64,000 nucleotides of DNA from an uncultured Verrucomicrobiae bacterium (GTDB taxonomy: Bacteria > Verrucomicrobiota > Verrucomicrobiia > Chthoniobacterales > JAFAMB01), in contig CAVXLD010000011.1 of assembly GCA_963762565.1 (NCBI GenBank), forward strand, positions 64,001 to 128,000. The letters run 5' to 3'. Both the position numbers and the translations under genes were made by a program. Each line of letters opens with the position of its first letter. Within the stretch, counting starts at the first letter, position 1. Below are positions 19,955-30,700 of this stretch, piece by piece. The notes below the pieces were generated by a model that saw only the letters and a list, made by a program, of their open reading frames with translations, made no database searches and was not told the origin of the DNA.

Positions 19955-20644
19955 ATGACGTTTTTAGCTTTGTTCCAAAGCCCGATCGATTTCGTTGTCA
20001 AAGGCGGAGTCTTCATGTGGATTTTATTGGCATGTTCGTTTGTTGCCATAACTGTGATTCTTTTGCGCTTGGTGGCGTTGCGCAAAGGCGCAGTCGTCCC
20101 TCGTCTGATTGAAAAATCGATCGTTGGCTATCGTCCCGGAGAAAGTCTGGAACCTTTGCGCAGAATGGTAAAAGACGACGATTCCGCCATGGGCCAGATC
20201 CTGGACGCAGTCGTCCGGTCTGCTAATGCGACCAAAGCCGAGACGTTGGAAATAGTCCAAACCCGGGCACGCCGTGAGGTGGTTGGGTTAGAATCCGGGC
20301 TCTTCATTCTGGAGATTATCGTCGGTATCTCTCCGCTGCTCGGCCTCCTGGGAGCGGTGACCGGTCTAGTGAAAGTGTTCGCCAATATTGGGTCGGGCGT
20401 AACCTCGACGTCCGATCTGAAAGAGATCGCTTCCGGCATCAGCGAAGCCTTGAGTACAACCATTGTCGGATTAGCCATCGCCATACTCGCAATCGTTGCT
20501 TGGTCGACTTTTACCCGGCGAGTCGAGACCTTAGCCATCCAAATGGAGTCACTAGTGACTGAGTTAATCGATAAAATCTTCCAGCGAGGCGGTCAGGCCG
20601 ACTCGGATCATCGACCCGAAACTCTGGAGGAGGTTACGCGATGA
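19955..20644 (+). CDS. exbB: MotA/TolQ/ExbB proton channel
   Basis: GGVFMW, SPLLGLLGAVTGL, GISEALSTTIVGLAIAI. Confidence 0.88.
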   Translation: MTFLALFQSPIDFVVKGGVFMWILLACSFVAITVILLRLVALRKGAVVPRLIEKSIVGYRPGESLEPLRRMVKDDDSAMGQILDAVVRSANATKAETLEIVQTRARREVVGLESGLFILEIIVGISPLLGLLGAVTGLVKVFANIGSGVTSTSDLKEIASGISEALSTTIVGLAIAILAIVAWSTFTRRVETLAIQMESLVTELIDKIFQRGGQADSDHRPETLEEVTR

Positions 20645-21063
20645 GGTTCTACGTTAAACGTAGAAAAACGCCGCAGATCATTATCGTTTCATTGATCGAC
20701 GTTTTCGCGATTCTTCTGATCTTTTTCATCGTCACAACCACCTTCAAGACGGCCCAATCGCAGTTGTCCATTAACCTGCCTCAAGCAAAGAGTGCAACCC
20801 AAGGAGCGGAACCCCAGGAGCCATTGGTGCTTTCGATTACTCCAGACGAGAAGATTTATCTGGGCGACAAACAACTCGCCGGCGTTGACCAGTTAGCCGC
20901 TCAGCTAAAAGAGCATCAAGAGAAGTCGCCCAATCAGCCGGTCGCCATGAGTGCTGACAACAAAGTGTCGTTTGGTTTCCTGGTCCAAGTTTTGGACGCG
21001 TTAAAACAGGCAGGAATCAAAAATCTACCGGCTTTTACTCAACCTAAAGACACGACGAAATGA
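20641..21063 (+). CDS. exbD: ExbD/TolR protein
   Basis: SLIDVFAILLIFFIVTT, INLPQA, ADNKVSFGFLVQVLD; ATGA overlap with exbB. Confidence 0.9.
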   Translation: MRFYVKRRKTPQIIIVSLIDVFAILLIFFIVTTTFKTAQSQLSINLPQAKSATQGAEPQEPLVLSITPDEKIYLGDKQLAGVDQLAAQLKEHQEKSPNQPVAMSADNKVSFGFLVQVLDALKQAGIKNLPAFTQPKDTTK

Positions 21064-21608
21064 TTCGTGAAATCGTTATCTACGGTGATCCGGTCTTGCG
21101 AAAAAAAGGGAAGCAAATCGACAAGATCACAGAAAAAATCCGGACCCTGGCTCAGGATATGATTGAGACCATGCACGACGCCCACGGTGTCGGGCTGGCC
21201 GGGCAACAGGTTGGTGAACCGATTCAATTGACGGTGATCGACGTCTCCGACGCCGAGAGCCGGCCAAGCCGGATGTGGATCGACGGCCAGGAAGTTGATC
21301 CGAAAGAACACATGCCATTAGTCCTGATCAATCCGCAGCTGGAATTGGGCCGGCAAACTGAGATTGCGCCGGAAGGTTGCCTCAGTTTCCCGGAGATTAC
21401 CGCCGATATCGCGCGGGCTGAACATGTCAAAGTCAGGGCCCTCGATCTGGATGGTAAACCGGTCGTCTTCGAAGCCGAAGGTCTATTGTCGCGAGCGGTC
21501 CAGCACGAGACCGATCACCTGAACGGCATCCTTTTTATCGACCGGATGAATTCGGCCGCCAAAGTGACGCTAGCCAGCAAGCTCAAAAAGCTTGCCGCCG
21601 GCGAATAG
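21060..21608 (+). CDS. def: Peptide deformylase
   Basis: YGDPVLR, GVGLAGQQVG, EGCLSFP, QHETDHLNGILF. Confidence 0.96.
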   Translation: MIREIVIYGDPVLRKKGKQIDKITEKIRTLAQDMIETMHDAHGVGLAGQQVGEPIQLTVIDVSDAESRPSRMWIDGQEVDPKEHMPLVLINPQLELGRQTEIAPEGCLSFPEITADIARAEHVKVRALDLDGKPVVFEAEGLLSRAVQHETDHLNGILFIDRMNSAAKVTLASKLKKLAAGE

Positions 21609-21710
21609 CGGAAGCCGAAATTTGGTGGGGCGAGAGCTTGCCGCGCCGTAGGCTTGGCGGAGGCGGGCTCCCGAAAGAGCAGCTAAACGTGGTCGCAGCG
21701 TGCAAAGCGG

Positions 21711-21832
21711 GGAGGGCGCGCGTCCCCGCGCGCCGCGAGGACGTGGAACCACCAAAAGGCGTATTTCTCGTCATCGATCACAGCGCGTCCTCGGCTTCTG
21801 TAACGACGGATCGCGAGGACGCGAATCCCTCC
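21711..21832. repeat. GGAG-REP doublet (family A)
   Basis: GGAGGGCGCGCGTCCCCGCGCGCC ... GGATCGCGAGGACGCGAATCCCTCC. The interior is homologous to the 33885 copy. Confidence 0.85.
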
Positions 21833-21862
21833 CTGGCGAGGGGCCTACAGGGCCCTACCGCC

Positions 21863-22705
21863 TTACACCACACTATCGTCTGACCCAGACCCGAAATCAT
21901 CGGATCCTCCGAAATCGTCCGACCCTCCGAAGTTATCGTTCTGGGTTAAATCGTTATCAGCGGTCAGATTGGGATCAAAATCAATGTTTTGATTCTGATC
22001 GAGGTTGTTTTGAGCGACCCCCGGCTGGTAGTCGGTATGTTCCGAAGCTGCTTCTCCGGATCCCGCGGGCTTCTCATCGTAGTAGTTGTTGACGATCTCG
22101 GTGTTGCCAGCTTCAGCCGGATTAAACCCCCGTTCGCCGAGAGCGGGCCCAAAAGCACCTGCATTGCGCCCAATCAGGCTCTCGATTCCTTGGAAAAGCG
22201 CGGCACCCCCTGCCACCCCCGCTGCCGTAGCCAGGGCGCTCTTTAAGAAGCCGCCTCCGGAACTCGGCGCTAGATTTACCGTGGATGGATAAGGTATCGC
22301 TTGCGGAGCCGCCATCGGCACCGGTGGCGGGTTGACCGGCGCCCCTGTGCCTGGGACTTGCTGATACTGCGGTTGCTGCGCTTGCTGCGGCACTGGGGGA
22401 GGCGTTGCGGGCTTGCTGCCTCCAAAGAGGCGGCTCACGCCCGAAAGGAAACTGCCTCCTCCGCTCGCAGGCTCATTTTGGCTGGCTGCGGCGAGGCGGT
22501 TCTCCAGTTCGGCGATCCGCGACTGGGCGTTAGCCAGCGCATGTTCTTGGACAATCACTGCCTGTGCCAAAAGATATGGCGCCGACGGAAGGGCTGTGGT
22601 TTTCGCCCGGATCAATTGCTCAGCCTGAGGATCCTTCTGCGTGCTATCCGCCTGCCGCAATCGCTCAAACAAATTTTCGATCAAATTCTGTTCGTCTGGA
22701 GTCAT
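21863..22705 (-). CDS. DUF2076-family protein
   Basis: MTPDEQNLIENLFERL...DPQAEQLI...PSAPYLLAQAVIVQEHAL, GGGFLKSALATAAGVAGGAALFQGI, acidic tail. Start at 22705. Confidence 0.85.
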   Translation of the reverse strand: MTPDEQNLIENLFERLRQADSTQKDPQAEQLIRAKTTALPSAPYLLAQAVIVQEHALANAQSRIAELENRLAAASQNEPASGGGSFLSGVSRLFGGSKPATPPPVPQQAQQPQYQQVPGTGAPVNPPPVPMAAPQAIPYPSTVNLAPSSGGGFLKSALATAAGVAGGAALFQGIESLIGRNAGAFGPALGERGFNPAEAGNTEIVNNYYDEKPAGSGEAASEHTDYQPGVAQNNLDQNQNIDFDPNLTADNDLTQNDNFGGSDDFGGSDDFGSGSDDSVV

Positions 22706-22763
22706 ACAAATTGTGATATTGACGATCCAATACTTCGACAGGAAAGCCAGTCCGATCGTTCGA

Positions 22764-24026
22764 ATGATTAATTTACTACGCTTCCCCCCATTCCTGGGGG
22801 CCGTAATTCTTGGTCTCGGAATGAATAACTGTCCGGCGGAACCTGGTCGCGCCGTCTTGTCCTCCATAGCTTTAGCGACGGAGGAAGGCTTGGCGAAGGC
22901 GGAACCGGCTGCCGGCCAGAACAATATCTTCGGGATGTCTTTGCTGGTCAAGTTGATGGCGGAGCGGAGCGACGAGAACATCGTCATTTCACCATTCAGC
23001 CTCGAGCTCGCCTTGGGTATGGTTTATGCCGGCTGTAGCGGAACTAGCGCGGACGAACTGAGCCGTGTCATGGGGTTTACTTCTCAACCCGGCTCCCAAG
23101 AGTTCCACGTTCCGGGGATGGACCTCGTTTCTGCTCTCCCTCCTACGATAACCCTAAAAATCGCGAATTCGCTATGGTGCGACCGGTCGACAAAGCTGCG
23201 GCCAACATTTGAGTCAAAGGTGAAGGACCTCTTCAACCCGGAAATTCAATCCACGGACCTGGAGACGCCGGGCACGATGAAAGCAATCAACGATTGGGTC
23301 GCTAAGGCGACCGGAGGGAGGATCACCGATCTCCTCCAGAAGCCACCTAAGCCGCCCTTGGTTCTGATCGATGCGGTCTATTTCAAAGGCGCCTGGAAGG
23401 ATGCATTTCCAGATTCACAGAATTTTCCCGCTCAATTCAACCGGGAACGTGGCGGACCCTGCCAGGTTACCATGATGAAGCGCAGTCTCTCAGCGCCCTA
23501 TCTGGAGACAGGTGATTTCCAAGCCATCAAACTTCCATATAGCGGCGGCGGACTGGAAATGGTCCTGATTTTACCGGCTGAAGGGATCGGTCTGGGCGCC
23601 GTTGTGCAGCGGCTCAGCAAAACTTCTTGGAAAAGCACAATTGACCAATTCACTGAAGGGACCGGAACAATCAGCTTGCCGCGATTCAAGGCTACTTTTC
23701 GTGATTCTTTAGTTTCTCCGCTGGCTCAATTAGGCATTAAGGCCGTCTTCGAACCAAGCACGGATTTCGCTCCGATGTTCGAAGACACTCGGAAGTTTTT
23801 TGTCTCCAACATAATCCAACAGACCTATCTCCGGGTCGATGAGAAGGGAAGTGAAGCTGCTGCCGCCACCGAGGTGCAGATAGAAGCAATGGCGAGGCGT
23901 GCACCTCCCAAGAAACCGTTCAACCTGGTTTTTGATCGCCCATTCCTATTCGCGATTACGGATGACCAATCCGGCCAGCTCCTCTTCGCCGGCGTCTTGT
24001 GCGACCCTGATCAAGCAAAGCTATAA
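22764..24026 (+). CDS. Secreted serpin (serine protease inhibitor)
   Basis: ENIVISPFS, INDWVAKATGGRI, DAVYFKGAW, hinge DEKGSEAAAAT, FDRPFLFAI. Start at 22764. Confidence 0.92.
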   Translation: MINLLRFPPFLGAVILGLGMNNCPAEPGRAVLSSIALATEEGLAKAEPAAGQNNIFGMSLLVKLMAERSDENIVISPFSLELALGMVYAGCSGTSADELSRVMGFTSQPGSQEFHVPGMDLVSALPPTITLKIANSLWCDRSTKLRPTFESKVKDLFNPEIQSTDLETPGTMKAINDWVAKATGGRITDLLQKPPKPPLVLIDAVYFKGAWKDAFPDSQNFPAQFNRERGGPCQVTMMKRSLSAPYLETGDFQAIKLPYSGGGLEMVLILPAEGIGLGAVVQRLSKTSWKSTIDQFTEGTGTISLPRFKATFRDSLVSPLAQLGIKAVFEPSTDFAPMFEDTRKFFVSNIIQQTYLRVDEKGSEAAAATEVQIEAMARRAPPKKPFNLVFDRPFLFAITDDQSGQLLFAGVLCDPDQAKL

Positions 24027-24030
24027 GCTT

Positions 24031-24402
24031 TTTCGTTCTCGTCCTCGTCGTCGTCCTTCCGCCTTCGCCAACGTCCCGGTTGTGGAGCGCGCCTCGCTTG
24101 CGAGGCCGACTTCCAGCGGTTGGCAACATAGACCATGGGCTTCGTCGGACAGGCTGTCCTCGAATCCGGTTACGCGGAGTGATGGAGTGTGGGAGTGTTG
24201 GAGTACTGCGCCAAGTCCGAAAGGCACCCGCGTAGCGGGTTCGAGATGCTGAAGGGGCGGCAGAATCACTTCCTGAGATAGGTAAAACGCTAACCCAACA
24301 AGCCGCCGGTCCCAACTATCTATCGCCCCTTCAGGGGGATCGTTTTGGAATGTATTCCTGGGGTTAAAACCCCACGCTGAGTCCCATAGTCCCTTCGGGA
24401 CA
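24031..24402. repeat. Mosaic of short repeat families
   Basis: CGTCCT-type hexamers (24034), family C REP GTGGAGCGCGCCTCGCTTGCGAGGCC (24082), GGAGTG-type 9-mers (24175-24208), and GGGGTTAAAACCCC / GTCCCTTCGGGAC palindromes (24361-24401). Confidence 0.65.
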
Positions 24403-24528
24403 AAAACCTCCCTGAAATCTCCGCAGAATCGAAGCAACCCCATCCGTGCCTGACCCCGCGCTGAGTTTCAACACATCGACACAGCCCCGATTCTCATATA
24501 AAAATTGCTGAGCTCCTTCTCTCTCCCC

Positions 24529-25419
24529 ATGAAAAACTACTTCATCTATCTACCGAATCGAAAATCACACGATCCATGGGAGTGTGTAGCGACTTCGCTC
24601 GGGTACTCGAAGATCCCGCCTCATCACGATTATCCGCCTCTACGTCACCCGGTGGACCATCATTTTACCTGGGCGAATGGTCGCGTCCTGCAGGCATATC
24701 AGATCATCTATATATCGGAAGGGCGAGGAGTCTTTGAGTCTGAAGGATTGACTAAGCGTTGGCGGGTTGGCCCCGGTAGCGTCCTCTTATTGTTTCCCGG
24801 GGTCTGGCATCGTTACGCACCGGACGACAAGACGGGCTGGGCCGAACATTGGATCGAATGCAGCGGCGGATGTTTCGATCGAGCCAGAGAAACCGGACAG
24901 ATCGATCCGGGGCGCTCGGTTTTGCGCATCGGTTTTGTCCCGGATCTGCTCCTTTGTTTTGATCGTTGCCATAGCTTAGCCCAACGCCTGTCGCGGGGGA
25001 GTCAGGCGTTGCTTTCCACCATGGGCATACACATTTTATCGCTCGTGCTAGAAGCCGCTCGCTTGCGTCGTAGCGCTCACCTCCGAGGAGATGACTTTGT
25101 CCAAGGCGCCCAGTGGCTGATTATGGAAAAGTACCAGGAACGGATCCGGATGCAGGAAGTCGCTAGCACCTTACGCATCGGCTATTCGCGTTTCCGCCAA
25201 GCTTTCAAAAGCCGGACCGGGCTGAGCCCCAAGCAATATCAGCTCCAGGCACGGATCCAGAAGGCGCAAGATCTTCTACTGAATACTCCAATGTCCGTGA
25301 AAGAGATCTCGTTAGTTCTGGGCTTCGATTCTCCTTACCACCTCTCCCGTCAATTCAAGCATCATGTCGGACTAGCCCCACGTTATTGGCGCCAGGATCG
25401 GCGAACAGTTCGTGGTTAG
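24529..25419 (+). CDS. AraC-family transcriptional regulator
   Basis: Cupin (LFPGVWHRY) plus C-terminal HTH FKSRTGLSPKQY...SVKEIS..LGFDSPYHLSRQFK. Confidence 0.92.
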   Translation: MKNYFIYLPNRKSHDPWECVATSLGYSKIPPHHDYPPLRHPVDHHFTWANGRVLQAYQIIYISEGRGVFESEGLTKRWRVGPGSVLLLFPGVWHRYAPDDKTGWAEHWIECSGGCFDRARETGQIDPGRSVLRIGFVPDLLLCFDRCHSLAQRLSRGSQALLSTMGIHILSLVLEAARLRRSAHLRGDDFVQGAQWLIMEKYQERIRMQEVASTLRIGYSRFRQAFKSRTGLSPKQYQLQARIQKAQDLLLNTPMSVKEISLVLGFDSPYHLSRQFKHHVGLAPRYWRQDRRTVRG

Positions 25420-25631
25420 CAGTTTGCGGTTGGCCGTTTACTGTTTGCGGTCTATCCGGACCCATAAGTCCCATGAGTCCCATGAGTCCTATAAGTCCCA
25501 TCTGACCAAGTACTTAAAGTGTTGCAGCTTTCATTAACTGTTACCGAAGCTGCACGCTTCCCCGCAGCCTCGCATGGACAACCGGCCCCATTTGCCGTAA
25601 ACCGTGAACCGCCAAACGCCAAACGCCAACC
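25406..25631. repeat. Degenerate heptamer-armed element with an internal 9-mer array
   Basis: GTTTGCG/GTTGGCC units spanning the AraC stop face AACCGTG/AAACGCC units ending 4 nt before ATG 25636. (CCCATGAGT)n lies at 25461-25501. Confidence 0.65.
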
Positions 25632-25635
25632 CACC

Positions 25636-26454
25636 ATGAACTTGGCAGCATTTCCTAAGCGCCCTCTGGGATTAGCCGAGGGCACCGGCACGAAGCGAAA
25701 GATATTTGTGCTCTTACTTTCCGCGCTGTTTTTCGCAGGTTGTTTCCTGGTTTTCGCCCTGGCTCTCGGGCCCGGTGTTCTTGAAGACATCCGGCTAGCT
25801 AAGGAAGGCAAACCCGCGTTGAGCGGCACCGTGAGCGGTGAGATCAGAAGCCGGCTATTTACCAATTGGGGCGATCTCAAGCTGGAGTACACCATACCGG
25901 GACGAGGCCGGAACGGAGGCGCGACTTCTTTTAGCCGGAACAAGGATATCTTCTTTGTTGGCGATCTCGATGAATCCAAAGAGGCGAAGATCTATTACCT
26001 GGAGAGTGACCCTTCGATCGCCACGGTTTCGTACGGGTTAGATCTGTTGCTCAATCGAGAAATCACTTTGGTCGTTTCTTTGGTCATAGAACTAGCCTTC
26101 GTCATTATGGCGATGGCAGGCTGCTTCCGCGTGGGCGCTATCGGGCGCAGTATGCGTCGCGCCGCCGACCATCCCGAGCCGATCGAAGTGACCATCGTTC
26201 GCAGCCGGTTTTATCGGCGCCGCCACTACATTAGTTACGAATGGCAAAACGGCGGACGCCGGCGTGCGACCGTAGCTTGGAGACAGGAGCGTGATCCGTT
26301 GTTCACCGGTCCAACCCAGGAGCGCGCCCTGGCCATCAAAGGCCCCGATGGTTATGCCCATCTCGTAGACTCCGATTTCAGGCCATTCGAATTAACGGAG
26401 GAGGAGAGGGAGCGGGTGCTGGGTGAAGGGGCGAAGAGGGGCAGTGATTGGTGA
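25636..26454 (+). CDS. Hypothetical membrane protein (2 TM)
   Basis: Two hydrophobic segments flank a beta-rich loop. ATG at 25636 follows the repeat arm; the stop lies in a GTGATTG array. Confidence 0.6.
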   Translation: MNLAAFPKRPLGLAEGTGTKRKIFVLLLSALFFAGCFLVFALALGPGVLEDIRLAKEGKPALSGTVSGEIRSRLFTNWGDLKLEYTIPGRGRNGGATSFSRNKDIFFVGDLDESKEAKIYYLESDPSIATVSYGLDLLLNREITLVVSLVIELAFVIMAMAGCFRVGAIGRSMRRAADHPEPIEVTIVRSRFYRRRHYISYEWQNGGRRRATVAWRQERDPLFTGPTQERALAIKGPDGYAHLVDSDFRPFELTEEERERVLGEGAKRGSDW

Positions 26455-26651
26455 TTAGTGATTGGTGATTAGTGAAAGGGTGCCGCGGAAGGGATGGGGT
26501 ATGCCTGCGAACTCGGTTCTTGAATGGCGTGTAGCCGAGATGCCGTTAGACTGAACCACTTTCGCCGCGATCTGACCGATTTGAGCTTATCAAAAGGTAC
26601 GCTTGTTCGCGGACGCCTTTCACCAATCACCAATCACTAATCACCAATCAC
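26443..26651. repeat. Heptamer-armed fold-back element between convergent genes
   Basis: GTGATTG/GTGATTA units plus GTGAAAGG (26444-26479) face CCTTTCAC plus CAATCAC/TAATCAC units (26616-26651). Confidence 0.85.
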
Positions 26652-26663
26652 GCCTGCCTCCCC

Positions 26664-27587
26664 CTACGCCACACTAACGATCACCGTCTCACTCCGATAC
26701 CGCCGCAGCACGTTATTGAAAACTTTCAATGCCTCGGAATTAGCTTCATTCCTCCAGACGAAGTTACGCCGGAGTACTGCATTTCGAGACACTAAAATGC
26801 GGTATACCAGCCCACGACCAATCATCTGGGTCAAAGTCTCAGACGCAATCGCTATGCCGGTTCCGGCAGCGACCATCGCTAGTACCGCTTGGACACTGTC
26901 GGATTCTTGTACGATCCGCGGCGAAAAACCTGCCGCTAGGCAAAGCTCGTCCACCAATCCTCGAAAAGGAGCAGCTCGGTTGCGAGAGATCATGACCCAA
27001 TTCTCGTCTTTCAGATTGGCCAGCGTCAGCTTGCAGGACTTACGGGCAAACCGATGATCTTCCGGAAGAACGATCACCAGCGGAACTGTCTTCCAATTGA
27101 ACAGCTTCAGATCAAAGAGAGGTTCTTCAGGGCCAATGCCAAAAAATCCGCCGTCCAGTTTGCCTTCGCGGATATCATTGAGCTGATCGCCAGGCTCCAT
27201 GTCGATCAGCTCCACTTGGCACTGCGGGCGCGCCTTCCGAAACGCCTGCAGCACCTCCACCAGATCCGGCGCCAGCAAGTAACCGATAAATCCCAAACGT
27301 AACCGCTCCGTCTCTCCCTGTTGCATTCGCTGGACCGTGATCATCGCTCGATCCAGCCGGTGAAGCGTTTCGCGGGCATCATTCAGAAAATTTCTGCCCG
27401 GTGAAGTCAGTTCCACTGACCGAGTCTTTCGTCTAAGCAGCTGCACCCCTAATTTTCGTTCCAGACTCTGAATTTGCCGGCTTAACGGCGGTTGCGACAT
27501 GTGTAACCGCCTCGCGGCTTTGGAGAAATGGAGCTCTTCGGCCACGGCAATGAAACACTCCAGCTCGCGGACACTAGGGCGATCCAT
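26664..27587 (-). CDS. LysR-family regulator
   Basis: FIAVAEELHFSKAARRLHMSQPPLSRQIQSLE; substrate domain with AGFSPRIVQE. Confidence 0.95.
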   Translation of the reverse strand: MDRPSVRELECFIAVAEELHFSKAARRLHMSQPPLSRQIQSLERKLGVQLLRRKTRSVELTSPGRNFLNDARETLHRLDRAMITVQRMQQGETERLRLGFIGYLLAPDLVEVLQAFRKARPQCQVELIDMEPGDQLNDIREGKLDGGFFGIGPEEPLFDLKLFNWKTVPLVIVLPEDHRFARKSCKLTLANLKDENWVMISRNRAAPFRGLVDELCLAAGFSPRIVQESDSVQAVLAMVAAGTGIAIASETLTQMIGRGLVYRILVSRNAVLRRNFVWRNEANSEALKVFNNVLRRYRSETVIVSVA

Positions 27588-27600
27588 ACTGAAAAGGTAT
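27586..27600. promoter_or_regulatory. LysR recognition box
   Basis: ATAC-N7-GTAT (T-N11-A) overlaps the LysR start codon in the divergent LysR/RND region. Confidence 0.65.
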
Positions 27601-27738
27601 CAAATTGATCCCAGTATAGCATTTTAGGGAACGAGAGAAAGATCGATAATCGTAGAACATGTCGTGGAGCGTGCCTCGCTTGCGAGGCCGAAGGCGTAGC
27701 CAACGCGCAGCGCCCAGGACGGGTCAGGAGAAAAATCT

Positions 27739-30700
27739 ATGTGGATCGTCAATCTGGCACTGCGGAGACCTTACACCTTCATCGTGCTGGCTATTTTCAT
27801 TCTGATCGCCGGAGTTCTAGCTATCCTCCGAACTCCGAAAGACATCTTTCCTTCCATCAATATTCCGGTGATCTCCGTCATCTGGAACTATGGCGGACTC
27901 ACTCCCCAAGACATGGAGGAGAAGATCACCTGGCCTTATGAGCGAGTTCTAACCACGACCGTTGACAACATCGAACATATTGAGTCACAGTCCCTCTATG
28001 GGGTTGGCGTGGTTAAGATTTTCTTGCAACCCACCGCCTCTGTGCCGACTGGCATTGCGCAGGTTACTTCCGTTTCCCAGGCGATATTGAAACAGCTGCC
28101 GGTCGGCATTACGCCGCCGTTGGTCTTAAGCTATAGTGCGACCAACGTCCCTGTGTTACGCGTGGGCCTGAGCGGTCAAGGCCTTTCCGAACAGCAACTC
28201 GGCGACCTGGGACTGAACTTTGTTCGAACGCAGCTCATCACCGTGCCCGGTGTTGCCGTTCCTTATCCTTATGGCGGCAAGCAGCGTTATGTTTCCGTCG
28301 ATCTCGATTACCAAGCATTGCAGTCTCGTGGCCTGACGCCCACGGACGTGATCAACGCAGTTAACGCCCAGAACCTGACACTGCCGGCAGGGACCGCGAA
28401 GATCGGTGAACTGGAATATCAGGTCGGCTTAAACTCGAGTCCCAGGACGATCGACGGGCTCAACGCCATCCCGGTGAAAACCGTCGGCAACAGTATCATC
28501 TACGTGCGTGATGTGGCCAACATTCGGGACGGCTTCATTCCTCAGACTAACGTCGTTCGCTTCAACGGCCAGCGCGCATCCATGCTTGATATTCAGAAGA
28601 CAGGGAGCGCCTCCACGCTGGATATCGTTTCCGGAGTCAAAAATCTCCTGCCGGAACTGAAGAAGACGTTGCCGGACAACCTTAAACTTCAGCTATTGAC
28701 CGACCAATCGATCTTCGTCACCGCGGCGATCGAGGGCGTGATTCGGGAAGGCGTGATTGCTGCTTGCTTGACCGCTCTGATGATTCTCATCTTTCTCGGG
28801 GACTTCCGAAGTACGATGATCATCGCGATCTCGATTCCACTCGCGATCCTCTGTTCGATCGTAACGCTTAGCGCCCTGGGTGAAACCATCAATATCATGA
28901 CTCTGGGCGGTCTGGCCTTGGCCGTAGGTATCCTGGTGGATGACGCGACGGTAACCATCGAGAACATCGACCGCCATTTGGCCGAAGGGAAACCAAAGCT
29001 CGATGCAATTCGCGATGGCGCCGCGCAGATTGCAGTGCCGGCGTTCGTTTCTACGCTCTGTATCTGTATTGTTTTCGTACCGATTTTCTTTTTGTCTGGC
29101 GTCGCCAAGTACCTGTTCGCGCCCCTCGCCGAATCGGTGATTTTCGCGATGCTGGCTTCTTACATTTTGTCCAGGACGCTGGTTCCAACTTTGGCCATGT
29201 ACTGGATGAAAGAAGTGGGCCCCGGAGGGCATGCTACGCACGCGCCGGGCCGCGGAGTCTTCGGCTGGTTTGGCGCATTCCATCAGGGCTTCGAACGGTG
29301 GTTCGAAGCACTGCGTGAAGGTTATCGCGATCTCTTGAGCTTGTGCCTTCGAAATGCAGGAAAGGTGGTTACATTGGTGGTGGGCTTTTCCGTGGTTTCC
29401 TTAGCCTTGTTTCCATTCCTCGGGCAGAACTTTTTCCCCAGCGTTGACGCCGGCCGTTTCGATTTGCATGTGCGGATGAAAACCGGAATGCGGATCGAAG
29501 AGACTGCTCGCAATGTCGACTTGATCGAGCAAATGATCCGCCAGGTTATTCCGGCGAATCAATTACAGGGAATCATCGATAACCTGGGTATTCCGTACAG
29601 CGGGATCAACCTTTCTTACAACAACACCGGGACCATGAGCGCCGCGGACGGTGACATTCTCGTCTCGCTAGAAGAGAAACATGATCCGACGGACAACTAT
29701 ATACAGAAGATCCGAATCCGTCTGCAAAAGGACTTTCCTGGGGTCACCTATTGGTTTCCACCCGCCGATATCGTCGCCCAAATTCTGAATTTCGGCTTAC
29801 CAGCACCGCTGGATATCCAGGTGATCGGCGCAAACCGGCCGGCTAACGCGGTTTTCGCGCGGAACCTAATGGAGAAGGTTCGTCGTGTCGCCGGCGCGGT
29901 CGACGTCAGAGTACAGGAGCCAACGGATGCGCCTCGGCTTAACCTGACGGTCGATCGTTCCAAGGCAGCTTTGCTGGGCCTGAACCAAACCCAGGTGGCG
30001 AATTCGGTTTTGAATGCTTTGGCCGGGTCAAACACCACGGCACCGAATTTCTGGGTCGATCCAAAGAATTCCGTGAACTACCAGATTAATGCGATGGCGC
30101 CGCAGTACGACATCGACTCCTTAGATGCGGTGCGCAATCTTCCGATCCTAGGAGGTAACGGCCAAACCCTTCAGATTTTAGGTAACGTTGCTGATATCTC
30201 GAGAGGCGCCACTATCCCAGTAGCTGACCACTTCAATATTCGCCCGGTGACCAATATCTATGCGAATGTTTCGGGCAGAGATCTAGGCGCGGTGGCTGCA
30301 GATGTTCAAAAACTCATTGCGGGTGCCGAGAAAGATCTGCCGAAAGGTAGTTCCATCGTCCTTCGCGGCCAGGTTCGCACCATGAATGATTCCTTTGTGG
30401 GACTTTATTTAGGTCTGCTCTTCTCTATGGTCCTGGTCTATCTACTCATGGTGGTAAATTTCCAGTCCTGGATCGAGCCGTTGATCATTATCACGGCATT
30501 GCCTTGTGCATTGGCCGGGATCGTTTGGATGTTATTTATTACTCACACGACCTTAAGCGTCCCGGCGTTGATGGGCGCGATTATGTGCGTGGGAGTTGCC
30601 ACTGCTAATAGCGTGTTGGTTGTCACTTTTGCCAACGAGCAACAAGCAGAGGTCAAAGATTCTTACCGGTCAGCACTGCAAGCGGGTTATGTCCGGTTGC

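Noticed and set aside
22706..22987. Overlapping N-terminal extensions of the DUF2076 and serpin ORFs
   Set aside because: Family-typical starts at 22705 (-) and 22764 (+) give a simple divergent pair.
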